Assembly (NCBI GenBank): GCA_045627705.1
Contig: JAZQOE010000063.1
Coordinates: forward strand, 1 to 17,268
Length of the DNA stretch: 17,268 nucleotides
Direction of reading: 5' to 3'
Source: Kiritimatiellia bacterium
GTDB taxonomy: Bacteria; Verrucomicrobiota; Kiritimatiellia; RFP12; JBMNHG01
Of the stretch, positions 1 to 6,102 are shown one piece after another (positions within the stretch are counted from its first letter, which is position 1; each line of letters starts with the position of its first letter). Below the pieces are notes generated by a model. That model was given only the letters and a program-made list of their open reading frames with translations. It ran no database searches and was not told where the DNA came from. Made by a program: the position numbers and the translations under genes.

Positions 1-282
1 CGCGTCGCCGCGGTTGGTCCACGCCACGAGAATCTCCGTCCACTGGGTCGCCACGTCCGTCATGTCCACGGAGTAGTTGAACCGGCCGGCCATGCTCCCT
101 CCGCAGTGCGCCACGCTGTCTATCTCGATCCAGCCCGGCGCCGACGCCGCGTCCGGGGGCCATGCGTCGGCCTTCAGGGGTATCCGCCGGCGGTGTTCCG
201 ACAGGCTCGACGACCGCCCTCTTCCGCCGCCGGGGTGCGGACGCACCGTGGACAGGCGCCGGTCGATGGCCCTGTCGCCCAT
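1..282 (-). CDS. DDE-type transposase/integrase catalytic-core (rve-like) fragment. The C-terminus is cut by the window edge, and the gene may also be N-terminally degenerate (pseudogene candidate).
   Basis: A minus-strand frame, absent from the track because it runs off the window, is open from ATG 280-282 to nt 1. Third codon positions are strongly G/C-biased. Translation: MGDRAIDRRLSTVRPHPGGGRGRSSSLSEHRRRIPLKADAWPPDAASAPGWIEIDSVAHCGGSMAGRFNYSVDMTDVATQWTEILVAWTNRGDA. The segment WIEIDSV..CGG...F.YSVDMTDVATQWTEIL resembles the first-Asp region of IS481/IS3-type integrase cores (hiD..ggg..y.hvavDD.SR.ayaEIL). Only ~40 aa precede the putative catalytic Asp, and GC3 drops upstream of 283. Confidence 0.35.
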   Translation of the reverse strand, partial: MGDRAIDRRLSTVRPHPGGGRGRSSSLSEHRRRIPLKADAWPPDAASAPGWIEIDSVAHCGGSMAGRFNYSVDMTDVATQWTEILVAWTNRGDA

Positions 283-366
283 GGCGAGCACCTCCGCGAC
301 GGCCTGATGTTCACCTTCTTCTCTTCGCTTGTCATGTTCATGTCCCGAATTTTTCAGTAACACGAT

Positions 367-425
367 TTATGGCGCAACCTGGAAATCACTCATCGCGTTT
401 TCGGTAACAGGAATTATGGCGCAAC
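367..425. repeat. Two direct copies of a 12-mer, TTATGGCGCAAC, at 367-378 and 414-425. The second copy is extended to GGAATTATGGCGCAAC (410-425). A third, inverted copy GTTGCGCCATGATTCC lies at 1411-1426.
   Basis: Read directly from the sequence. The 16-mer at 410-425 matches the reverse complement of 1411-1426 at 15 of 16 positions. The copies bracket the GIY-YIG gene and ssrA. Confidence 0.5.
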
Positions 426-539
426 GCGTGACAACAGAGAGTGTTACGGGAAACGGAGGATTAGAGCCGTACTGAAGAGACAGGGAATCGTCGTTGGCTT
501 TTGCCGTCTTGACGCTCGCGGTCAGGTGGCGAAGGGGGA

Positions 540-791
540 TTAGAAATGCTTGGAGGCGAAGACCCGTCCGGAATGAGACTTGAAGTACCTCTCAAGTTCG
601 ATGGCCTTAGATTCTGAGTCGACGGCAATCGCGGCGGTCAGGCGCCAGGGGCGAAACTTTGAGGTGTGGGGAACCGAACCGGAATTATGAGCAGCAAGAC
701 GTTCAGCCGGTTTGAGGGACGTGTAGCCGACATAGTGATGCGTACCGGTTGCACAGTCGGTGAGGAAGTAAACGTAATGGAACTTGCTCAT
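540..791 (-). CDS. GIY-YIG nuclease-family small protein (UPF0213-like).
   Basis: Track ORF 540..806, but the first codon there is TTG. I place the start at the in-frame ATG (789-791), giving MSKFHYVYFLTDCATGTHHYVGYTSLKPAERLAAHNSGS... The YVYFL...YVGYT and R...H motifs, the ~83 aa length and the conserved Glu in IELERYFK match the GIY-YIG catalytic module. Confidence 0.75.
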   Translation of the reverse strand: MSKFHYVYFLTDCATGTHHYVGYTSLKPAERLAAHNSGSVPHTSKFRPWRLTAAIAVDSESKAIELERYFKSHSGRVFASKHF

Positions 792-950
792 TGTCGTAAC
801 ATCCAAGCCTCTCAGAATAAGGAACTCTATGTCTTTAGCCCGTCTTCATCGCTTCGCGATTCCGCCGTGGCACCAGTCTCCGTTGCCACTTCGTGCCAAC
901 TCCGCCTTGCCAGTCGCATCGCCTTCGGCGTTGGCCTGCCAAGGCGGAAT

Positions 951-967
951 CTCGCGCTTTGCGCGAG
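951..967 (-). terminator. Perfect 7-bp GC-rich hairpin (CUCGCGC-AAA-GCGCGAG) immediately 3' of the tmRNA CCA end. Candidate tmRNA transcript terminator or processing hairpin.
   Basis: The palindrome ctcgcgctttgcgcgag is read directly from the sequence and abuts the ssrA 3' end. The downstream tract on the transcribed strand is not U-rich, so it may be a processing or stability hairpin rather than an intrinsic terminator. Confidence 0.3.
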
Positions 968-973
968 ATGGAG

Positions 974-1330
974 ACTGGTGGAGGCGGGGGGAATCGAACC
1001 CCCGTCCGAAATGGAGTCACCCAGACATCTACATGCTTGTTCCGTCGTCTAAGTCTCACCCTGGAGAAAGACGGCGGACAAACGCGCTCCAGGGCCAGCG
1101 GCCACGTTGGTACAGGCTTCGCCGTTCGGTCACCCAGCGGCGGGCGGGTCCTGCTGTTGACGCACAGCACCGCCTAGCAGGCGTCAGCGGGTGTGCGCGT
1201 GGCTATAATTAAGCCGCGAGAGCCATGTCGTTGGCAGTTGACGTTTTTCCCGGATTTTTTACGAGGCCAACCAGGATTCCTCGGCATGCAGCCTGGACTT
1301 CAACCACCCCGTCGAAACCAGGACGCCCCC
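974..1330 (-). ncRNA. ssrA: tmRNA (transfer-messenger RNA, SsrA), one-piece, ~357 nt.
   Basis: The minus-strand 5' end reads GGGGGCGUCCUGGUUUCGACGGGG... and contains the conserved UGCAUGCCGAGG...GGUUGGCCUCGUAAAAA pseudoknot region. The tag reading frame GCC AAC GAC AUG GCU CUC GCG GCU UAA UUAUAG encodes (A)ANDMALAA-stop. The 3' end is the tRNA-like T-arm and acceptor GGACGGGGGUUCGAUUCCCCCCGCCUCCACCA. Track ORF 1209..1616(-) ends ...TANDMALAA because it reads through this tag frame. Confidence 0.93.
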
Positions 1331-1363
1331 ATTGAAAAGCGCTTTGGATGAAATCCGTGCGTA

Positions 1364-1391
1364 GAATTGCATTTGCGGAGCTAAATTGCAA
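1364..1391 (-). promoter_or_regulatory. Candidate sigma70-like promoter for ssrA (TTGCAA -N16/17- AATTCT) ~35 nt upstream of the mature tmRNA 5' end.
   Basis: Hexamers read by eye on the minus strand. The -10 is weak. A tmRNA precursor would need 5' processing. Low confidence. Confidence 0.2.
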
Positions 1392-1440
1392 TAGGAAAAT
1401 GGGGACATTCGTTGCGCCATGATTCCTGTCACCGAAAAAT

Positions 1441-1470
1441 TCGGAGAAATCAAAACGGGGACATACCCCG
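1441..1470 (-). terminator. Candidate rho-independent terminator downstream of the Vps4-like operon: CGGGG-uaugu-CCCCG followed by UUUUGAUUUCUCC on the minus strand. A T-rich tract also follows on the plus strand, so it could act in both directions.
   Basis: Hairpin and U-run read directly from the sequence. The stem is only 5 bp, so confidence is modest. A second, weaker hairpin GGGGG-ucuau-CCCCC lies at 1586-1603. Confidence 0.3.
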
Positions 1471-1801
1471 ATTTTCATTTGTCCGATCACAATTTCGGCA
1501 GTACGACCGCATCGAAACACTGAACTCTCCTTGCCGTTCCGATTCCCGCCAGTTCCTCGCAGCGGATTCCATAAACACCCCTTTTGGGGGTCTATCCCCC
1601 TTTCGCCGACATTCAAGCCGCTTGTCCTCGGTTACTTTGCCGCTGGCGGCAGGCGCTATTTCTGTCTTGTTTCGGTTGTTCTGCCCTGGGCGTCGCGCCT
1701 CGTTTCGCGTTCGCCGGCCGAAACCGAGAATGCAATCATTACCATTGGGAGAATTAGGCAGATTGTCTTCATCGTCCAACGTCAACTGAAGGTGAATGTA
1801 C

Positions 1802-2944
1802 TCAACCAAACCGTTTCTTGTTGAAGTCTTCGAACTGCGCCAGCATGGTTGGGGTTATGGAGGAAGGAATGACCGTGCGGGCTTCTTCAAGGTCGGATGG
1901 GACGACGAGCGGATCGCCGCCGGTATCTATGCTGCGGCGGAAGGCTATTTGACAGGCCTTTTTCGCAAGGCCGACGATATCGCTGCCGGAGTACATGGCA
2001 AGCGCCTCCGCCCATGCGTCGAGATCGATCGACTTGTCGATAGCGGCCTTCTTGAAAGCGCGGGCGAGCATTCCGCGGCGGGCGGGGGCGTCCGGGACCC
2101 CGATAAAAATCTTTTCGTCGAAGCGTCCGGTACGGAACACGGCCTCGTCGATCTCCCACGGCTTGTTGGTCGCGCCGAGGATAAGCAGGATATTCGGGCT
2201 GTCCTTGAAACCGCCGACATCGGCGAGGAACTGTGTGACGAGGCGGTTATCGACAGCCGAGGAACTTTCCGTGCGACGCGGGAGAAGGCCATCGATTTCA
2301 TCGAGGAACAGCACGGCGACAGGCTTGTCCTGCGCGGCGTGGATGAGCCGCGACAGTTTCTGCTCGCTTTCGCCGTGCCACTTCGAGCGGATCTGCGCAC
2401 CGGAAGCATAGAAGAACGGAGCGGAAATCTCGTGGGCGATCGCCTTTCCAAACATCGTCTTGCCATTGCCGGGCGGACCATAGAGCAGGACACCTCCGCC
2501 AGGCTTGATGCCGAGTGCCATGGCCTTTTCCGGCTCGCGCATCGGGTTAATCACCATATCGAAAATCGCGGCCTTGGCGTTCTCCATGCCATCGATGTCG
2601 TCGAAAGAAACCCCGGTGTCGGCGGTGACCTGGAACTCGGAATCATCATCGTTTTCCTGCGGTTGGCCGGACGTGGCGACGGCATCGCGTGATTCGCGCG
2701 ACAACGATGCGAGTGCGGACGGCGGCGACAACTTCGCAGTCTTCAGTTTCTCCGCGATTTCAAGCCAGCCTTCCGCGGTCGATACATAGCTGGCGGCGAC
2801 GGGACCAGTCGATTGTCGCGCAAGGGCGAAGCAAAACTCGGCGGCCTTGGCCGCGTGGAAGATCGCCTTTGCATTGTCGCCAGCCTTGATTGCGGACTCG
2901 CAGGCTGATTCGTGTTCGGACTTCTTGTCGGAGAGGAAGCTCAT
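1802..2944 (-). CDS. Vps4-like AAA+ ATPase (meiotic-clade AAA) with an N-terminal MIT-like three-helix domain and a Vps4-type C-terminal helix.
   Basis: 380 aa with an ATG start. Walker A GPPGNGKT, Walker B VLFLDEID, and second-region-of-homology/arginine-finger motifs LGATNKPWEIDEAVFRTGRFDEKIFIGVPD. SKWHGESEQKLSRLIHAAQ closely parallels the Vps4/katanin/spastin SKWLGESEKLV region. The N-terminal ~75 aa (AIKAGDNAKAIFHAAKAAEFCFALARQ...AEGWLEIAEKLK) resemble the Vps4 MIT domain (…EYLDRAEKLK). The C-terminal …MLAQFEDFNKKRFG parallels the Vps4 C-terminal helix …LKKFTEDFGQEG. GC3 is strongly biased. Confidence 0.88.
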   Translation of the reverse strand: MSFLSDKKSEHESACESAIKAGDNAKAIFHAAKAAEFCFALARQSTGPVAASYVSTAEGWLEIAEKLKTAKLSPPSALASLSRESRDAVATSGQPQENDDDSEFQVTADTGVSFDDIDGMENAKAAIFDMVINPMREPEKAMALGIKPGGGVLLYGPPGNGKTMFGKAIAHEISAPFFYASGAQIRSKWHGESEQKLSRLIHAAQDKPVAVLFLDEIDGLLPRRTESSSAVDNRLVTQFLADVGGFKDSPNILLILGATNKPWEIDEAVFRTGRFDEKIFIGVPDAPARRGMLARAFKKAAIDKSIDLDAWAEALAMYSGSDIVGLAKKACQIAFRRSIDTGGDPLVVPSDLEEARTVIPSSITPTMLAQFEDFNKKRFG

Positions 2945-2959
2945 GTCTTGCGGAGGCTA

Positions 2960-3478
2960 TCAGGCCAATAACACGCGCCACAGCAAGGCGGCAACAAGCA
3001 CCAGTATCCATAGCGAAAGCAGGCTTTCCAACAGATACCAGACGCGGCCCAGGAGCAATGCCATCGCATTCGGGCGAGATGCCATGATAACGCCGTTGAG
3101 GAAGGCGAAGACGATGTTGCCAGCGATCGCGACGAGGACGGCCCATATCGTGAAGCGCAGAACCTTGCCGTGGACAACCTTTTTGCCTGGCGCAGCGAAA
3201 CCTGTCTGCAGGAGATTTTTCCAAACGACCGGCTCGGAAGCGAGGCGGTCGGCATAGAGCCCGGCATTCTGCGCCTTCTCTTCCTCGGTCCATTCGACCA
3301 AGGGCTTTGTCTGCATTGGATCAACGGCAGGAATCGCCTTTGCGCAGGCGCCGACGCCGAAAACCGCGAGGACAATTGCCGCTACGCAAGCGGCGACGAT
3401 ACCAATGCGGCGGATTGCTTTTCCGCGGCGATACTTCACAAGGCGTTCCTGAACTTCCTGGTCTGTCATCTCTGCCAT
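2960..3478 (-). CDS. Small polytopic inner-membrane protein of unknown function, encoded between the ESCRT-III-like gene and the Vps4-like gene.
   Basis: The track ORF starts 8 codons earlier on a weak start. I use the ATG at 3476-3478, which is preceded by AAAGGGGAAA 6 nt upstream. Product MAEMTDQEVQERLVKYRRGKAIRRIGIVAACVAAIVLAVFGVGA... has one N-proximal and two or three C-terminal hydrophobic helices. Its stop is 15 nt upstream of the Vps4-like ATG, suggesting translational coupling. Confidence 0.7.
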   Translation of the reverse strand: MAEMTDQEVQERLVKYRRGKAIRRIGIVAACVAAIVLAVFGVGACAKAIPAVDPMQTKPLVEWTEEEKAQNAGLYADRLASEPVVWKNLLQTGFAAPGKKVVHGKVLRFTIWAVLVAIAGNIVFAFLNGVIMASRPNAMALLLGRVWYLLESLLSLWILVLVAALLWRVLLA

Positions 3479-3521
3479 GTTGATTTCCCCTTTTCGACGC
3501 ATGCGATGCGATGGCGGTCGA

Positions 3522-4169
3522 TCATTTGCCGTCGAGGATGCTCTTCACGCGATCCTGGCCGGCGGACACGCGGGCGTCGATTTCCTTGCCGGCGGCGACG
3601 GGTGTCGCGGCGCCACCGATTTCGGCGGCGACCTCCTGTTCGAGCTGGGCGCCGAGATCCTCCATGCTGGGTATGTAATCCTTGGCGGTACCCGTTGCGC
3701 CCTCCATCTCCTTGTTGTACATCTTTTCCCAGAAACGGTCGCCATCGACCTGTTCGCCGAGGAGGTCCTGGGCGGTATCGAAGACATCCATGACCTTTTC
3801 GGGGTCGATGTTCACGACCTTGTTCAAGGCTCCAAGGGCGTCGGCGAACTGGGCGTCGGAACCCGCGACCTGCATCTTCGTAATGTACTGTTCGAAGATC
3901 CAGCGCTTCTGCTCGAGCTTCACCACGAGCGCCTGCGAGGCGCGGTAGCTGACGAGGGCGCGCTGGGCAGCGGCCTTCTCGCCGTTTTTCAGCGCCTCGC
4001 GGGCGGCGTCCCAACTCTTTTTCGCCTCTTTTTCGAGTTCCATCTGGCGATCCTTCACCGAATCCACGGCCTTTTCGGCGTCGCGGAAGGCATGGCGGCG
4101 CTCGCGGCGCTCCTCGCGTCTGCGTTCGGATGGTGACTTGAAGACGTTGAGAATGTCGGCGATATTCAT
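3522..4169 (-). CDS. ESCRT-III / Snf7-family protein (Snf7 and CHMP4-like helical hairpin with an acidic C-terminal tail).
   Basis: 215 aa with an ATG start and a GGAGTG Shine-Dalgarno. The core KNGEKAAAQRALVSYRASQALVVKLEQKRWIFEQYITKMQVAGSDAQFADALGALNKVVNIDPEKVMDVFDTAQDLLGEQ aligns by eye with the Snf7 and CHMP4 region TKGNKvmAknALkkKK...LE...eqqL...E.A....E...AM..GAKAMK..H..mDIDKVDEtMDEIrEQ. The C-terminal DYIPSMEDLGAQLEQEVAAE is acidic and amphipathic, like an ESCRT-III MIM region. The composition is coiled-coil-rich and is not PspA-like. Confidence 0.75.
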   Translation of the reverse strand: MNIADILNVFKSPSERRREERRERRHAFRDAEKAVDSVKDRQMELEKEAKKSWDAAREALKNGEKAAAQRALVSYRASQALVVKLEQKRWIFEQYITKMQVAGSDAQFADALGALNKVVNIDPEKVMDVFDTAQDLLGEQVDGDRFWEKMYNKEMEGATGTAKDYIPSMEDLGAQLEQEVAAEIGGAATPVAAGKEIDARVSAGQDRVKSILDGK

Positions 4170-4224
4170 GGCTTCACTCCAAGATTAAGACGGTGGCGGG
4201 CGGCGATGCGACCGGCTTCAACCA

Positions 4225-5388
4225 TCAAGGATTGACTGGCACGGCCGCCTTCGGCTGCATGTTTTCATCGCCGGACACGAGGCTCATCAGCCCCGATGCG
4301 TCGATGCCGAGCGAATCGACCATTGTGCGGTTGGACTCCAGGAGATTGCGGAGGCGTTCGACGGAAAGCGGGTGCGTGCGCGTCGGGACGTCATCTACGC
4401 CGGCTGTTTCCTTCATCGCGAAGAAGAGTTCCCAGAACAGCCTGCCGACAAAGGTAGCCGTGGCCGCAGAATCATTTTCCCCGATCGTGGCGTTGATCAT
4501 GGTCGAAGCAAACGAATCCGCCTCGCGCTCCTGGTTGCGCGAGATGTCGAGGTTGTCGTTGATGGTGGAATCGCTGGAATCAAGGTGGCCGAGGACATGG
4601 TGGCCGATCTCATGCGAGAGGGTGCCGGCGACCATTCCCCCGGAAATAGCCTCCATGCCAGACATGAAACTTGGATCTCCGAGATCGGCGGCGCTGATGC
4701 CGCTGTCAATCAAAATGGAAATCGCGTCTTCCTTCGGCATCCTGCCAATCGAACCGATCAGTCCGACGAGCCGTTCGAGGCATTTGGAATCCTCGCCAAG
4801 CGCCATCCTGCGGGAATCCGCCGCTGATGCGCACCCGACAAGCCTGGCGAAATTCCATGCACCGGCGTTGAATTTGATAATCCGGCAGATTTCGCCGCTG
4901 GAATCATCCTTGCGTTTCGTTGCGAACGCATTGATTTCATCGTTATCGTTGTATTCAAGGCGTATGGAGTCGGCGATCGGCTTATAGATCTGATTCTTGG
5001 AAACGGCGTCGTTTGCGATCAGGCTTCCGAATATTTCGGCGAGTCTCTCGTGCGGGGCGTCGAAAATGGGGCCAAAGACCCCGTACTGTCCATTGTCGCT
5101 TGCGCTTCCGGCATTATTCTGCGCCTCCGTTCCGGTGGTCTCGCCTGACGGCCGCGGGCAACGGCCGAAAAGAGGCATTAGCCAGCATCTGACGCCAAAG
5201 AATGAAAGGAACACCAGTACAAGCGCTATCAGGGAGAACCACAGCCAGAATGTGCCGTTGCCGACCTTGCGCTGGCGGGAATATGGCATGGGAGTATCCA
5301 CTGGCGAGGCGGTGTGCGTCGTGCCAAGCCGACGTTCATATTCCTGCTGGAAGATTTCCTTGCGGGTCTTTTTCGGTTGTTCTGCCAT
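4225..5388 (-). CDS. Membrane-anchored HEXXH zinc metallopeptidase. The catalytic motif resembles the ImmA/IrrE (M78, DUF955) or M48 families.
   Basis: 387 aa with an ATG start and a GGAGTGAA Shine-Dalgarno. An N-terminal TM helix (WLWFSLIALVLVFLSFFGV) is followed by HEIGHHVLGH and, ~25 aa on, SRNQEREADSFA (Glu third ligand plus EA(D/N)xFA). This spacing fits ImmA/IrrE-type metalloproteases, although M48 has a similar SR..E.eADaFA motif. Confidence 0.7.
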   Translation of the reverse strand: MAEQPKKTRKEIFQQEYERRLGTTHTASPVDTPMPYSRQRKVGNGTFWLWFSLIALVLVFLSFFGVRCWLMPLFGRCPRPSGETTGTEAQNNAGSASDNGQYGVFGPIFDAPHERLAEIFGSLIANDAVSKNQIYKPIADSIRLEYNDNDEINAFATKRKDDSSGEICRIIKFNAGAWNFARLVGCASAADSRRMALGEDSKCLERLVGLIGSIGRMPKEDAISILIDSGISAADLGDPSFMSGMEAISGGMVAGTLSHEIGHHVLGHLDSSDSTINDNLDISRNQEREADSFASTMINATIGENDSAATATFVGRLFWELFFAMKETAGVDDVPTRTHPLSVERLRNLLESNRTMVDSLGIDASGLMSLVSGDENMQPKAAVPVNP

Positions 5389-5461
5389 GATTCACTCCAA
5401 TTGTCAGCTGAATGCGCTTTGTCCGCGGCGCGCGGAGTTTTCCACGCGCCGCGGATCGCGG

Positions 5462-6061
5462 TTAGAACACAAAACCGAGAATCGGCGACTGGCGGCCGCT
5501 GCCGGACTTGTTCCAGAGGCCGATCTGGAGCCCCATGCCGCATTCCGCGATGTTGAGGATGCCTATCTGGAGGCCGTTCAGCTCCTTTGTCCTGTTCACA
5601 AACCCGCCGATCGCGATGCCGCTGAAACTCTCCGACTTGTTGCCGAGGACATTGACGGCCAGACCACCGGCGTCGCGGTCGCATTCGCCGAACAGCCCGA
5701 GGTCGATGCCGAACATATCGACTGGCTTCGCGCCGATGTTCGGGAAGCTGAGGTTCACGCGGACGCCATAGACCGAGCAGTTGTCGAGCGGCGGGACGGA
5801 GAGCGGTCCGACCGTCAGCGCAAACGGCGATGTCGTCTCCTCCAGCACGACTGGATCGGCTACGACAGCGGTGGCGACAGGCGCGGAAAGATTGATTGGC
5901 GAAACAGGCACCACTGGCAATGGCGCCGGGGCGACAACTACCGATGGCGCAGCAGCACCGCCATTATCGACCGAACCGCGACCGAACGGGGCGTACTCCG
6001 CATCGGCAAAAGCCATGCAGGCCGCGACAGAGGCCATGGCCGCAAACAAGATATTCTTCAT
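5462..6061 (-). CDS. Secreted protein of unknown function, paralog 1. Signal peptide, conserved GLQIG-repeat C-terminal domain ending in Phe, possible small outer-membrane beta-barrel.
   Basis: The track ORF 5462..6328 over-extends. I use the internal ATG at 6059-6061, giving MKNILFAAMASVAACMAFA (signal peptide). The C-terminus ...ELNGLQIGILNIAECGMGLQIGLWNKSGSGRQSPILGFVF is shared with the next gene. Confidence 0.7.
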   Translation of the reverse strand: MKNILFAAMASVAACMAFADAEYAPFGRGSVDNGGAAAPSVVVAPAPLPVVPVSPINLSAPVATAVVADPVVLEETTSPFALTVGPLSVPPLDNCSVYGVRVNLSFPNIGAKPVDMFGIDLGLFGECDRDAGGLAVNVLGNKSESFSGIAIGGFVNRTKELNGLQIGILNIAECGMGLQIGLWNKSGSGRQSPILGFVF

Positions 6062-6102
6062 GACAAGTTCCTTCAAATGCGCCGGCATGCGGCGTAACCG
6101 CA

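Noticed and set aside
540-806. Track start codons at 806 (GIY-YIG), 3502 (membrane protein), 8900, 9878 and 15400.
   Set aside because: Inspection shows these ORF-track Met positions are TTG, GTG or weak upstream codons. I moved them to downstream in-frame ATGs with Shine-Dalgarno sequences where one exists (791, 3478, 8861, 9857). I kept GTG 15400 for want of an ATG.
974-1010. tRNA-like T-arm/acceptor (GGACGGGGGUUCGAUUCCCCCCGCCUCCACCA) that could be taken for a tRNA gene.
   Set aside because: There is no anticodon arm or D-arm of a canonical tRNA upstream of it. It is the tRNA-like domain of the tmRNA, whose 5' half (GGGGGCGUCC...) lies ~350 nt away.
1209-1616. Minus-strand ORF of 135 aa ending ...TANDMALAA. 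Also ORFs 784..1212(+), 835..1170(-), 893..1177(+) and 666..1052(+) overlapping the same region.
   Set aside because: The region is the tmRNA gene. The 135-aa ORF is simply read-through into the tmRNA tag frame and the others are chance frames within structured RNA. None is a protein gene.
1796-2692. Plus-strand ORF of 298 aa antisense to the Vps4-like gene. Similar long antisense ORFs: 4997..6097(+), 7542..8954(+), 6749..7672(+), 9210..9914(+), 12948..14273(+), 16100..16987(-), 15525..16532(+).
   Set aside because: These are shadow ORFs, typical of ~65% GC DNA. Their translations are low-complexity and Arg/Ala/Gly/Leu-rich with no motifs. Each is opposite a strand-specific gene that has clear domains, signal peptides, SD-led ATG starts and a strong GC3 bias in its own frame.
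3466-4136. Overlapping ORFs 3466..4014(-), 3477..4136(+), 3170..3793(+) and 3545..3787(-) across the ESCRT-III-like gene.
   Set aside because: These are alternative frames or antisense of the 3522..4169(-) gene. Only that frame gives a coherent coiled-coil Snf7-like protein with an ATG and SD start. The others are Arg/Pro/Gly-rich artefacts.
4225-5388. Calling the metalloprotease simply HtpX/M48.
   Set aside because: The HEXXH-to-Glu spacing of ~25 aa and the EADxFA motif fit ImmA/IrrE (M78) at least as well. I cannot discriminate the two without a profile search, so I report both.
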